The translations under genes and the position numbers were made by a program. Positions 50,393-63,990 of a stretch of 64,000 bases of DNA are shown here, one piece after another. Within the stretch, counting starts at the first letter, position 1. Every line of letters starts with the position of its first letter. A model generated the notes under the pieces. That model was not told the DNA's origin. It did no database searches and saw nothing but the letters and a program-made list of their open reading frames with translations. Source of the DNA: Vicugna vicugna (Eukaryota); NCBI GenBank assembly GCA_013265495.1, contig MU058065.1:5182976-5246975 (forward strand), in the 5' to 3' direction.

Positions 50393-52974
50393 TACCATCG
50401 ATCCGAATACTCTGCTCCATTTCTACCTGGCCCACACCCCCTGCCTATCTCTCTCCAATCCCACTCTTAGCCTGAGAGACCACCACTATCCATGGACTGA
50501 GTTCACCCTAAACAAAACTGCTTTTTGTAAGATTGTTCATAGAGAATCTTTCAATACTCAGAAACTCCCCACCCTCCATTCAAGGCTTCTCCCACAGTGT
50601 AAAGAGAATTAGCCTCAATAGTTTAGAAAGATTCATGCCTAATTTTATTGAAAAGGGAAATCAGTGCATTCCCTTTGTAGATGGTGGCTGAATAATTCAT
50701 TGAAAGCTTCATTATCTATAATTGTGATAACACACACTTTCAAATAAAGTATTGCACATATCAAATATCCCTGATACATTTCCAAGCAAATATGTGCACA
50801 TGTGTAATCAGCTGTGGTAATCAACTGCACATCAACAAAGAATCGGAGTGTTTTAGGGGCGTAAGGATGCTCTTACAGTGAACAATCATTTGGCAGTGTG
50901 GCTTATTTTAATAGACACATCACTTTAAAATAAGTCTTCACCATCTGCTGCAGCCTCTAATTACAAATGCAACAAGAACATAATTCACAATTGCATCATT
51001 AAAAAGTAAGACATAAGGGATTTAATGCATGACTATGTCCTTTTTTAATGCAGGAGACGTCTGTTCATCTTTTCTTGTGTTTCAGGAGCAAAACTAGCGC
51101 GAAAACTTTCCTCCATGCTGAAATAGCCCAAGATCAGTGTTTCAAGAGACAACAGGAAATCCAAATAAGGTGCTTAGTTGTCAGAAACATTCAGAGGCCA
51201 TAATCCTATCAGTATTAGGTTGACTTAATATTGTTTCCCATATGCAAAAAAACCCCATCTGCAAATGACTTATGTATGATGATAAGAAAAAAGTCTATTC
51301 AGCAAGAAGTACAGATAAGGCAATTTAATCTGACCAATATAAATAGCTTGGAAATTCACCTTTCATTTACGTGTTCATAAGAAACTAACCTTGCAGCAGC
51401 CCACTTTCCAACTGTGCAAAACAAGCTGGATGTGCCAGGCCTCTGCTAGATGCATAATTAGAAGAATATATAGTACTAAAGCATCTTGTTAAGGTCAATT
51501 CTCTATTTTTTTCCTCAAGATCAAACACTAATTATTTAAAGGCTACTGAAGAAAAGAGATGCCATGGCATAAACTGTCAATTCAGAAGTCTGAATTTGCA
51601 ATGCTGATACTTTGCCTGAAATAAGGGTCTCACCACCAGATGGGTAAGGTCCTGGTTATGATCTCAAGGTCTAAATAGCCCTTTTATCAAATAAAAAATC
51701 TAATCTATTCAATTTTGTCTTTAAAAATAAAATAATCATTATTGCCATCCTCTATTTTTAAAAACAGAAAAATAAATACTCAACTTCATTACCAATTATT
51801 GTATGAAACTCAATAGAACCATGTGGAAACAAAAAAATTACATATATATGTGTGTGTGTGTGTGTGTTTCACGTATTTCATTCTCTTCCTGGCATTTGAA
51901 ATACAAGACAAGTACTGTTACCACAAAGTTACAGTGAAGAAATACTTTATAGCACTTACACCCAACCTTAGGCCAAGAGATGACCAATAGTAGCTTAGAA
52001 CCTCTGGTGCTTCAGTCTAAAAAATCCATTAACATCACCCACAACCACGATGGTTTATTATTACTTTTCCAAGAGGTTTGCTTAGGGTGCACTCACTGGT
52101 ATATTCAGTCTCTTTGCATTTCCCAGGATTTCAATGAGCTCAGTGGTTTGGAAAGAACCTGAATTCCCTTTCAAGTCCTCTTTAATTTACAGCTTCCTTC
52201 TACTTACTAGATATTTTGCTTCTCTCTTCTTGGATGCCATGGTCCCTTCCTTACTTACAGTTACTGCGTCTCACATGATGCACACACATTAGGAGCAGAG
52301 AAGTCAGAGTAGCTCCCTCATTCATCAAGGGCTGGCAACCTCAGCCTATTATTGACAGCTGCCATCTTGTTTCCATTCACACTACTAACTTTTCCTGTCC
52401 TGATGAGAGCCACTTCCAGGCCTCTGGAGTGCTCCCATCCCACTCAGTCTCCCACTCCATCTTCATGGTACAACCCTTTATTACAGACTGGTAGCCCTAG
52501 CAATCGGTATGAAAACAAGTCATATAATTTTCATTTTTATTTTATTCCATATAAGGCTCACATCAAAGAGTCTTCACCTACATGGCCTATATGTTTGCTC
52601 TCATAAAACCAACAGTTACATTTTTACTATCATAATGGATGATTTTTACTTCCATAATCCTTAGATTCCTTTCCCTTTGGAGCAAAACTTCTATTATTCC
52701 AAATTTAAACCAATAATTCTGAGCAATCATCAAAATGACCGTTTTATTCACAGAATTCCACATACCTAAAACTAATTCCTAAAAGATAGTAGAGCTACAA
52801 ACCTAGGTCATAAGAACACAATGATTTCTAAAACATTTAAACAAAATTAAAAGTTTAATACTGAGATATAAAGTGACTTCTCAAAAAGGCCTTATCATTC
52901 CATTTCCCAAATAGCATAATTTCACTTTCTTACCAAAGAGCAAAATAAAAGTTTTGGAAGTCATAGAATCATAG

Positions 52975-53172
52975 TTACCAAGGAGAAAGGGGGTAGGGAG
53001 GGATAAACTGGGAGTTCAGGATTTGCAGATACTAACTACTGTATATAAACAACAAGGTCCTACTATATAGCACAGGGAACTATATTCAATACCTTGTAAT
53101 GGCCTATAATGAATCCTATGCTATACACTAGAAATTAACTCAACATTGTAAATCAACTATACTTCAATAAAA
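52975..53172 (+). mobile_element. ~200-bp L1 3' end with perfect 17-bp TSD
   Basis: TSD aagtcatagaatcatag at 52958-52974 and 53173-53189. Confidence 0.95.
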
Positions 53173-56029
53173 AAGTCATAGAATCATAGAAATATGGGCT
53201 TAAAGGAATATTCCAAAGAGCAAAAACTCCTAATTCACCTTCAGTCAGAAAGGAAAGTACTTAAACCATCTCAGAATGATAGCTCTCTACAGCACCTTCT
53301 TCCAGAAACTTCAGAGAGGGCTCCCCAACACACACACATACACACTCTACCCTGCCAGCCCCCTTTCCCTCACTAACCTGCCTTCCCAGTAATGTATTCC
53401 AGGGCCTTCCGGGCCACTGGGCAAGAAGTTCTCTCCAAGCTCCATGCTGCATTCTGAGACCTTTCTTTCATATCAGCAGAAAAGGAGAACAGCTGTCCAT
53501 TCTTCAGTACAATAAATCACCTTTCCTGTACTTTTAAGATTTATTGAGTTCTCCCTGCCGTATCTTCCCTTGATTAAATAATGTAAATGCTTTTATCTTG
53601 TCATTGTTTTTATTTTACTGACATTATTGGGTCAGCATCAATCTCTTTCCTTAGAAATTTTATAAAAATACTTTTTAAATCAGGGTTTTGTTTTTTTTAG
53701 CCATATCCAATTTTAACAGTTGTGGCTTCTGCCATTTTGAGTTTTCTTTATTTCCACGAAGTTCAATTTTCCCAGATCAAATTTTGTACATCTAAATTTT
53801 GTCAAGAAGATTTAATTTTGCCATCAATTTTTTCAGCCAAGAACAAATTCTACCATGACCTGTCTTCTTCGTTGTCAGTTCTGTTTTGTTGCCATCAGTT
53901 CTACTAGTAATAGACATTATGAATTTGATAAAAGAAAGATAGCTTGTGTTTCTTTCTTAGCTAACCCATGAGAAAACTGTCGGCAGTTTTTGTGGGACCA
54001 AGATGAAGGCAAAAAGCAGGATATAAAAAAGAGGGAGACAGAAGACAAGAGGAGAGACTCACAGGAAGGTAGAAACAAAGATCCACAGTGAGTGAAATCA
54101 AGAGAGATGCCACAGCACTTACACTGCATTAACAGCTCAGCTCCCAAATGCATGGTGCTGTCAAAATATTCTATGTCCAGAGTGATGGAATCTCTATCCA
54201 CAGCTTGTTACAGTTTTTCAGTTTCTGTCCAATTTCATAAAATAATATTTTAAATTATAAGGACTGAACAAGAATATCATACTCTCCTAATGATCTGATC
54301 AGCGCTCTGTAGAAAGGAAAGGTTTGGCCACGGTTTGTTCAGCCATCCATTTGTTCATTCATTCATTCACTAAATAAGTATGAAATGCTCAGCCCACAAC
54401 CTACCATGGATGGTGCCAAATACTGAAGACATGGACGTGTGCGGGACAACCCCAGCCCCTGCCTGGGTTCTCAAGGGCAAGGAGACCATGTATGTGCAGC
54501 AGAAAAACAAGATACGTGCCAACTGTGACAAATGCTTTGGAAGAGCAGATAGGGTGATGGGGCAGAGTCAAAGGGAAGGAAAGCCTCCAAGAAGAAGTGA
54601 AATTGGAATTGAAACCAAAAGGGTAATACACACAAGCCCAGAATGAGCATCACAGGCAGACGGGATAGACAGCAAGCATCCTGAGACACGGAAGGGCTTG
54701 GACGTCTGAGGAACACAAAGGAGGTGGGTATATACATTTGGAGGTTGGTGAGCAAGTGAAATATTCCAAAATAAGATATCATCCTCTGAAAAGTGTAAAT
54801 TGGTAAATCTAAATGTTGGAGATAAATATTGGAATACTGAGGCCAGAAACATTAATTCCACTACTCAGTTTTCCACCAAACTGATTTTCAATTCACGCTA
54901 AGTACTCTAAACCAAATTACACACACACACACATACACACATTCAATTCATATTTCTTATTAACAAATCTAAGATTACATTTTTTAATCTGCTTGAGAAA
55001 TAATTGGAGGTCTGCTCTTGCTCAGAGTTCCTGAAACATAATTTTCCCTCTTGGGTTAACCCAGTATGCAAAGCCCTGAGGAATATTTCAGCAACAAAGA
55101 CTTTCCCCCATCAAACACAGGAAGAAAGCTAACTTCATTTCCTCCTGTTCCTTCCTGCCACAAATCTACCTTCGTATCAGAAGACAAACTGACCCCCAAA
55201 CACAGGTGTAATTCAATATTCTATTTCAAATGCCATCGGATTTGAAACCCAAGTAATTAACAGCTCACTAGGGACCCTACTGAAATAAAACCAACTTTGA
55301 TCCTATTCCTAAGTCCCTTGCCAAATGGATGGGCAGCTAGAACCCCTCTGCTTTTGCATTAATTGAAATAAATAACCATATCAGAAGAATGCTGTGTGCA
55401 GGAGTGTGGGCTACAAGGAGGGGGTGTTTTTCAACTTGATTGTTAGATGAGTTAATTTGAGTATCAGGATGGGATAGATATTGACATGTGCAATTGTTCT
55501 CCATCCTGCACTAAGCCAGCAACTTGGTTCTCTGGCATCTTGGAAGAACAGATGTACATGAGATGTGATGCATCTTAACTTCAAGGAACAAAACTAGGTC
55601 TCTTATTACAGCCCAGAGAAGCCCCACATTTTATTTCTAACATTTTAATATAAAGAGAATGGTCTTCTGGCCCAGTGAGTGATGATACACAAAGCAAGCA
55701 TATACAACAGGCTAGTTTTCAGTAATTTGTTCTCTTGTTCCAATGCTTTGATTACTCATAGTGGTTTACATAGTGTAATCCAAACAGTAGAACAGCTTTA
55801 TTTACAGATGTCACTTGGATGAGGCCAATGAGTCCCTGATGGATCACTCTGAGATAGATAAACTTGGAGACATAATTACTGGTCATAAGTACCTACAATA
55901 CAGTGATAGTGGCCACCTGTTGAACACTACTTTCTACCAGGGACTATGCTACTGACCCCAGACTGTCTTCCTCCCAGCTCTCCTCTTTACCACCAATTCA
56001 AGGGAACCCCAGCCCAAATTACAGCACCA

Positions 56030-56430
56030 GGATGAGAGTCAGGAACCCAGTTTTTGGTCCCAACTCTGTCACTTTCTGGTCTGCGATCTCATACATGTCA
56101 CAGTGCCCTCTCTGAGCCTTACTTTCTTCTGCTACAAAATGGAGATATTAAATTTACTCCAAAAAACCATTGTGAGGGTGAATTAAAAATTTTTTAAATA
56201 TAAAATATTTTTAAACAATAAAGTTATACATGAGTGTGGTACATAATTCTTACCAATTATGGTTTATTAAATACCTACAAATTGCCAAGCAGTGAGCTAG
56301 ATCCTTTACAAACACTTTCTCCAGTCCCCACACAACATGAAAGTATTAGCCCCACTTTCCAGAGTAAGAAAGGGGTGTGTAGAGACAAGAAATATCTTGC
56401 CTGAGGTTTAGCTGGAATACAAATCCATGT
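56030..56430. mobile_element. Two MIR fragments in inverted, tail-to-tail arrangement
   Basis: ctctgagccttactttcttctgctacaaaatggagat (+) followed by tattagccccactttccagagtaagaaa (-). Confidence 0.55.
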
Positions 56431-56679
56431 CAATAATGGTAAAATATTCTCAAAGATAATACCAGCAAAAGATAAATTCAGTAGTAGAAATACTATGGTC
56501 TTCCACATTTTTTAAAGCTCCTGAAAATAATCTGCAAACATTGCATATATGGGCTCACAATGTGTATATACAAAACAAATGCACATCTGTAACAAATACA
56601 TGAAGCTGCCAATCACACACAAAGTAAAGCTGGTGCACAGGGAGTGAAAGGTCAGTAAGTAAACTAGCATCTCCCTGTT

Positions 56680-57170
56680 CAGGTATTCCTCGTTTTATTG
56701 CGCTTCACAGACAGTGCGTTTTTTACAATTTGAAGGTTTGTGGCAACCCTGCTCCCAGCAAGTCTGTCAGCATCAGTTTTTCAACAGCATTTGGCTCACT
56801 TCATGTCCCTGTGTCACATTTGGTTAATTCTCACAATATTTCAAGCTTTCTCATTATTATTGTATTTGTTACTGTGACCCGTGATCAGTGATTTCTGATG
56901 TCACTATTGCAAAACAAATCCCAACTCACTGAAGACTCAAGTGATGGTTAGAATTTTTTAGCAATCAAATATTTTCAACTAAGGCATGTACATATGCACA
57001 TTGTTTTATTAGGACATAATAGCACGCTTAATAGACTATAGTATAGTGTAAACGTAACTTTGATATGCACTGGAGAACCCCAAAAAATCATGTGATTTGT
57101 TTTTTATTATGAGATTTGCTTCATTGCGGTGGTCTGGAACCAAACCGGCAGTATCTCCGAGATCTGCCTG
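56680..57170 (+). mobile_element. Tigger1 internal-deletion derivative (Tigger1a_Art-like)
   Basis: TIR-like ends caggtattcctcg...cgagatctgcctg; Tigger1 5' (gaaggtttgtggcaaccctg) and 3' (ttaatagactatagtatagtgtaaac) parts fused. Confidence 0.9.
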
Positions 57171-57594
57171 TTCTCCTTAGAGCCTGTAAAGCCCAATTAA
57201 GTAAAATTAGCATGTGCCAAGGTGGAGCAGGTGAGCCACTGAGGTTGTAAATTTCCTTAAGGTGTCAAAAGGACAGTAACTTCTGGGTGAGATATGGTAC
57301 CTTCCCATCTGTTGGGGATATTTATTACTTTCCAAATGGCCTTAGTCCTTTCTAGGCTGGGTAACAGCACAATTGAATTGGGTGATAACTTCTGCCCAAT
57401 TGTTTCCATGTCCCCTACAGAGTTTAAACCACTTCTTACACTTTCTCCTTCAGAATTCTCAAGGTCTAAGAGAGGTTATATCAAGAAAGAAAATGGAAGG
57501 TGCAAATAAACTGAATCAAACTAGAAGATGCATTTGTAGACAGCTAGACTCTCCATGCAGATCCATGAGTCACTGACCATCGTTCTTAGTCAAG

Positions 57595-57880
57595 AATGAT
57601 TAGCCTGTGTTGGGGAAACAAACAAACCTGAAGCCTCAGTGGCAGAACACAGTAGAAGTTTATTTCCGGCTTATGCAAAGTTCTCTTCCGGTTGGAGCAA
57701 CTCTCCAGAACAGCTGTCCTGTTTCCTTCATGTGGCTCTGCCATCTCAGCATGAAGCCTTCACAGTGAGCAAAGAGGAGAAAAAGACAAGACGTTCCCAT
57801 TGCCTCAGCCTAAAAGTGACCCTTGTCACTTTCATTCATTTCATTGGCAGGACCTAGTCACATGGCCCTGCCTACCTACC
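57595..57880 (-). mobile_element. Old MLT1 LTR fragment
   Basis: ctcagtggcagaacacagtagaagtttattt...tttcattggcaggacctagtcacatggcc. Confidence 0.6.
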
Positions 57881-57904
57881 TGTTTTAAGCTACCCCAGGA
57901 GAAA

Positions 57905-58150
57905 GAGAAGCCAGAAAGAGCACTGTGCATGTCATCCCCTGTGCAAAGGCACTGTGCTGGGTGCTGGGATTCAAGGATAAATTAGACCCAGCATCTGCCC
58001 TTGAAGGGCTCACATTGTAGAGGAGACAGGAATGACAGAGTTTACCTTAGAGTACAAGCACACTGTGACTTGTACTCTAATCCAGCAATAAATACGAGGC
58101 TTTGGGAGTGCAGATAAGGGAACAATTCATTACAACAGGGGGTGTAAGAG
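57905..58150 (-). mobile_element. L2 fragment
   Basis: ggcactgtgctgggtgctgggatt...ctgcccttgaagggctcaca. Confidence 0.7.
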
Positions 58151-60779
58151 ACAAACTAATTTATACATGTCACTAATACATATGCCTGTATATTAGGGTG
58201 ATAGCTGAGAAAAGAAAGGCAGCATGGGGTGCCGCTGAGCCCCCTAAACTCTTCCCCAGGATGGTCCCCAACAGCAGAGGGAGTGAGGAGACACTAGAAG
58301 AAAATCCTGAAGCTACCTGCCCCCACCTCTCCCCTGCAGTGAATGTCATGTCTATAACACAAATGTGTGCACAAAACATAGCTCTTTTTTAATACAAATA
58401 ATACCCTGTATTCTGTGATCTCCAAGTAAAAATAATGCTAAGTTGTCATCAAATTGCCATGATTTCTTGTACTCTAAGCATTCCCCGGTGTGCTCCCGGC
58501 GGGTCCATGGACTCTCATGTGCAAAGCATTGAACTGGGCATAACCTAGAACCAAGAGGCCAGCGTTATTGCCCTGACTGCCAGGAATGAGCTGTGGGACC
58601 TTTAGAGGAGTCACTTTACTTCTCTGCATCTCCGTTTGTCCACCTATGAAGTGAGACAGTTATATATACCCTTGTCAGTGTCTCTTCCTATAATATATAT
58701 CTCTGTAATGAGAGTGTTAATTGAAAATACATGCAGCAGATGATAAAAGCCCATCAGCAGTTGAGGTGGATGCTACGAATTTGCTCCCTAGACCTCTATG
58801 CACCATCTCTGCAGCAAGAGGGGATGAGTACTGATAATTATGTTCCCAGACTCCCCCGCAGTGAGGATTCTGCAAGAAGCACAGATGCAGTTCTGAAAGG
58901 TCTCAAAGTATCTGCTCCTCTGCAGGGCAGGGCAGGAGAGAGGGAAGGAGAACACAGCACGGAAGATGCAGCAGGAAACTAAGACAGACCCCTGTCCCCA
59001 TGCTAGTGACAGTGAGTAATCTGGGGTGACATCCAAAAGACTGCAATTCTAGTCTCCATGTGTAATCTTCTGAGGACATACTGTGATGGCTTCCATAAAG
59101 TAACTTCTTTCTCTATCTCTGATTCCCCAGGACCCTTTAAAAGAGATCAGTAGAAAGCGTTCTTCCTTATCCAACTAAAGTCACGGTTCTGCCTGGAAAA
59201 GCCACCTCTGAAACAAAGGAGAACACTGATCAGGCCAGGCTGAGAAGGAACCGTGGCTCTTTGTCCAGCTGGCAGCCACACTGTTGCGGCCTGTGGTCCT
59301 CGAGCAGCTCCAGAAGCTTTGTGCTTCTTGGGGCGCATCTGAGAGCCTGCAGATGAAGACTCAAAAGCCTCCTTCCACCCTGTGCCTGGACATTTGAATA
59401 TCATGGGGGCTCAAGATGGCCGCAGCTGCTCCAAGTTCCTCCAGGCTTAATTTCCAGCCTTTGATTAGGCTCCTTTCCAGTTTTTCCATCTCTTCATGGA
59501 ACTTTCCTCCAGGTTCCTAGTTATGTGACTCCTAGGAACCTTCCTGCTCCCACAGGCACAGAACCAGCTGCCCAGCTCTGCAGTCCCTCTAAACTCTCTA
59601 GAGCTCCCCTCTGCAGCCACCTGCCTGTGGACACCACCAGTGACCTCAATACCTGCCTTGAGGCTGGACCTTAACTCTCTGGGTTCACATAGAAGTTGGC
59701 TCAACTCATTTTCCCAAATCCCTTAGGAAACTGTTGCTCACAGTTGTCCTCTCAGAGAGCACTAAGTGGTTCAAAGTGGACAACCCAAGTGAGAGCCAGC
59801 CCGAACATCACGGTGGAGCAGAGACAGGGTGCAGTGCGAGCAGCACAAAGTGTGGAGTGTGAAGCACCTGAGCATCAAGGCGGAGCAGACGATGAGACGG
59901 CACAGGGAACCCTCGGCAAAGGAGTCTGGAGACCTGGGCCAGGTCTGGGCTTGGGCAGGTCCCTTGGCTTCTCAGGACCTCAGCTGCTGAGCTCTAAAGT
60001 CAGTTAGGATCACATAAGAACGGAAGTCCATTTCTGATTCCTGATATCCTGTGATAAGAATACAAAAGAGTGGATAAGACAGGAGTTTCCATGTTTCCTG
60101 TGAGCAGTTTACAGACTATTTCTGGGTCTAAAAGTCAGATAATCAAATCAGATGAAACATGCTCTGGATTAAACCTGGTGAAAGCCGAAGTACCACATCT
60201 TCCTTCCAAAACAGAAACAAGTCACTTGCATTCTAAAGCACTGTCCTCTTTGAAAGCACTTTTGAGTACCTGTCACTTAGTCAGCTTTATTCTATGAGAT
60301 GGATGAGGGAATTGACTGGAGCCTGGACTTGAGGCTCTCCAACTACAGGGTACTTCACAGCGAGAAGATCTTCATGATAAAAATTGTACATTTCCATCTA
60401 TGGGGCTCAGACCTACAATCTGGCCCTCTGGTTTGTCCTACTCACAGAAAACATTCCAAAAGGTCTCATCTGAGACAGGCTCAACTCAGCACAAAACACT
60501 GCCCTTCAGAGTCTCCCCATCTTCATCATCTGAAGAGGGAATTCCTCCTGAACAATAGCTTCCTGAGGGGGCACAAGGCAGGTATGGAGGGAGGTTTCCA
60601 TGTTCTACCCAAGGCCTGGGCTTCCCTCAGTAACTTAAGAGGGAGATGGATACCCTGGCAGGGAACATGCTAAACACCCATTGGGATGTCAAATTCCCAA
60701 CAACCCCAGCCCCCGAAGAGAATGTCTTGCATTCCTTGGGGGACCCTCCCTTGGGGCGCCCCCTCCTCCTCAGTTAGAC

Positions 60780-60925
60780 TCATGCATCTCCCTCTCACCC
60801 GCTCTCCCGCCTTCTCCTCAGTGTCCCCTTCACGTTTTCCCCTTCCCTTCTTTCCTCCTCACCTTCTACTGAGCTGTCTCTAGGTCCTTCTTCCTCTTGC
60901 TCCTTCCTTCTTCCCTTTTCCCCTC
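60780..60925. repeat. Polypyrimidine/polypurine low-complexity tract
   Basis: ttttccccttcccttctttcctcctc...tccttccttcttcccttttcccctcc. Confidence 0.75.
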
Positions 60926-63494
60926 CAAGGAGCAGATAAACCTAGGTTTTGAGCCGAGGTGACGTTAATCAGAATTAAATGCTTAGAAAACAAAATGACT
61001 TGCAACAGGAGCATTTGCCCTCCATGGACATGTCTTGTTGATTGCTTCTTAACCAGATTCAGCTAGTGGATTGTGCATTTGTTCCACTGTTTTCCCTTCT
61101 TGGGGAAGTACTTCAGGGATCGCAAGATGCTGTGCACAGCTAATTATCTGTTGTCGCTTACCCTGTATTTGTCTGTTTATTTCTGACAAATAACTCCACA
61201 GAATTCTCTGGAATTGGTTAGTTAAAATTCATCTGCATTAATGAATATCCCAGGCCTCCCTATGTTGATAGAATCATCACTGACACATGTGAAAAAAATG
61301 GGTGAACTCTATTTCAAAAGTGTCTCCTGCCTTCCCCTTATAACCTGCTCTCAGTTATCTCTTGGTTTTTGGCTTATCTGGAAAGGACCCTGAGTAAAAA
61401 GGACATGATTTTTGTTTTCAGAACTCTTTTGGTATGAAGAATTTTTTTTTTAATTAACTGCTCTGGGACTATTTTTCGAAAACATCCATGAAAAATGGCA
61501 GAGAATCCTAGTGTATCACAGTGGTCGTTTCATCACGTGTCCGTGACACCTGAGCAGTTCTGTGACAGGTTTAGTAGGACTGTGAATGACAGCAACATCT
61601 TGGTCCCGTGAAGTTTTGAACCTGAACATGGCAATGCATTCTGCACCTCATCATCCCTGGGGGTTTGGATATGTCTAGTTATACACTCCCAGCAGGCAAT
61701 GTAATCTGACCTAATGGCTGAAGGCAACGGCAATTTTCACAGTACAGGAAAAGTCACACTCCAGGGCATGCTAATTCTGAGATGATTCATAATGACCCTA
61801 ACTCATATCACAGGAGCGTCAGTACTCCAGTCCTCTGTCAAGTGTATGTAAGTGTGAACGTGTGCATGTGTATGTGGGGGCATGTGTGTGCTGCAAAGGT
61901 CCACATGTTGCAAAGAAGAAAACCGATATCCCAAATGTCTTCCTAGAGAAAACTTAACAACGGCCATAATAACAAATAGACCTGCAAGTGTCTACATGTC
62001 AACACTGAGTTCTCTGAAATTATACAACCTGACTCAATAATTCAGAAGGTATCAGACTAGTAAATGCACATTGACAAATTTTAAGTAGAGTGACTGCTTC
62101 TCCCGGAGAATGCATGGGCTAGCCCAACCTACGGTTTTCACCTGTCCCACTCGTATAGATATAGTTTTTCATTTTAAAACTATGCAAAGATTTTGAATGC
62201 AGCATTTTCCACTTCCTCAAACTGCTGTTTCCTAGCAAGAAAAGAAAATTATTTTTCCAAATAAGCATCTTCTACCAAGCAGAGTTAATTTTGATTCTGT
62301 GCTGCACTCCGAGAAGGTGCTATTTCTAAAGTACAGCATCTTAATAACAACAGGGCCTTGTAGTTGAGCCACGCGTTTCTACCCACAGACTACTTTCATA
62401 TGTATCACCTCATTTTTATTGCAATTCACACAATAACTCCATGAAGCTGGTCCTGTCATCTCCTTCATTATAAAAATGCTTAATGCACGAGCTGGAAACT
62501 GTAAGGAACATGTTCAGGGCTTCAGAGCTAATGACAGCAAAGCTGATGTCCTGTCCTCGTCTCTCTGACTTGGAGTCCAGCTGTCTTTCCTCTCCCGAGT
62601 AAATGTTATGATGAAACTGTGCTTCTGGCGTCAAGGGTGATAAGTGGGGGACCTCAGGCTTCAAATCACCTTGAAGGGCTCTCTCCTCTGCATTCCTTCC
62701 CACTAGCTATCAAAACTGGCCATGTAACCAAGAAATGAGCCAGCACACAACACGGCAGGACCTTGAACCACCTGAAAGATGATGATAGTGTTTGCGGAGG
62801 TGGACTTAAGAGATACTCCCGCCTCCTCACCCCCTGAGTCCTCCCAGGCATGATTCACATTTCCAAGGCCACATTACAAGCCCAAGGTCAGAACTGGAGG
62901 CTTCTGCAGAGAAGGCAGCTCCTCTTTCCAAAGCATAGTTATAAATCTGTAGAAGCCAGAGATCAGGGGCAAAAGCAAAGATTTTGATCACTAATTATCA
63001 AATGATTGTGGCTGACTCGCTCCCCACCTTCCTAGAGAAATATGTATTTTCCCTGCTCTTTACCCAGTATCTCAAAAGTTATAATCTGCATGACCTGATG
63101 GTAATTACCATTCGTGCATATATCTCTCAAAATACGGGACACAGAAATAAGAGACACGAGCAAGAACATAAAGAAGCAACTGTTGACAGCTGCACATGAA
63201 AAGAAAAGAAATAAAAAGGAATTGAGGGAAAGAAAAGTCATGTCCTAAAAGATTGAGGGGATGACAGAAGAATATCAGGGTGTCAGCCCAGATGACAAGT
63301 TACTTGTGTCTAAGGTTGAGGTGTAAATGCAACTTCCTGCCTCACTGTCTGCTTCAGAGCTGCCTGGAATTCTCTGCAAGCAGGCTAAACCCCAGAGTCA
63401 TTCTATTTGCCCTGGCTCTCCCAAGTATCCAGGACTTTATGGCACTCCACGGGCAAGTAAAGCAGTGATCGGTGCTTAATATCGAGTGTTACCT

Positions 63495-63990
63495 GTTAGT
63501 CTGAACCTGTCTGGTTGCAAGTGACAGAAACTAACTTCAAGCCATATGGAATGTAATGAGCACACAAAGCAAGGGGAGACCAGAGGAGGAGCTGGCTTCA
63601 AGGAATGACAGACTATGGGTACTTAACTCATTTTCATTAGCTCACTCTCACATCGTCCTCTCTGTCCACCTGTCTCTCTGTCTCTCTCCCATCCCACCCC
63701 TTCTTCTCATCGTGATTGCCCTCATTCTTTCCTTACAGTACATCTTCTCCCTGAGTGAAGAGGGGCCCAGAGAGTGCTGGGGAAGGTAGTTAGACAACTC
63801 CAGGCTTATATCATCTCAACTAGCAACCTGAGAGGGGGCAAAGAGTGTGTTGGTGGAGAAAATCCTATGCAAAAATTCTCACTCACTTGATTGAGTCTCA
63901 AACGCAATCCCTGGACCAATTACCATAACCAAGGGGGTGGCGTGCTGTGATTAATCAGATCTAGGTCACATGACCACCTCTATGCACTGG
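63495..63990 (-). mobile_element. MLT1K/L-like LTR
   Basis: ggttgcaagtgacagaaac...ctggcttcaaggaatg...ccctggaccaattacc...ctaggtcacatgacc. Confidence 0.65.

Noticed and set aside
59412..59423. YY1-like motif CAAGATGGCCGC
   Set aside because: It appears to be part of a decayed MLT1 consensus segment, with no promoter context.
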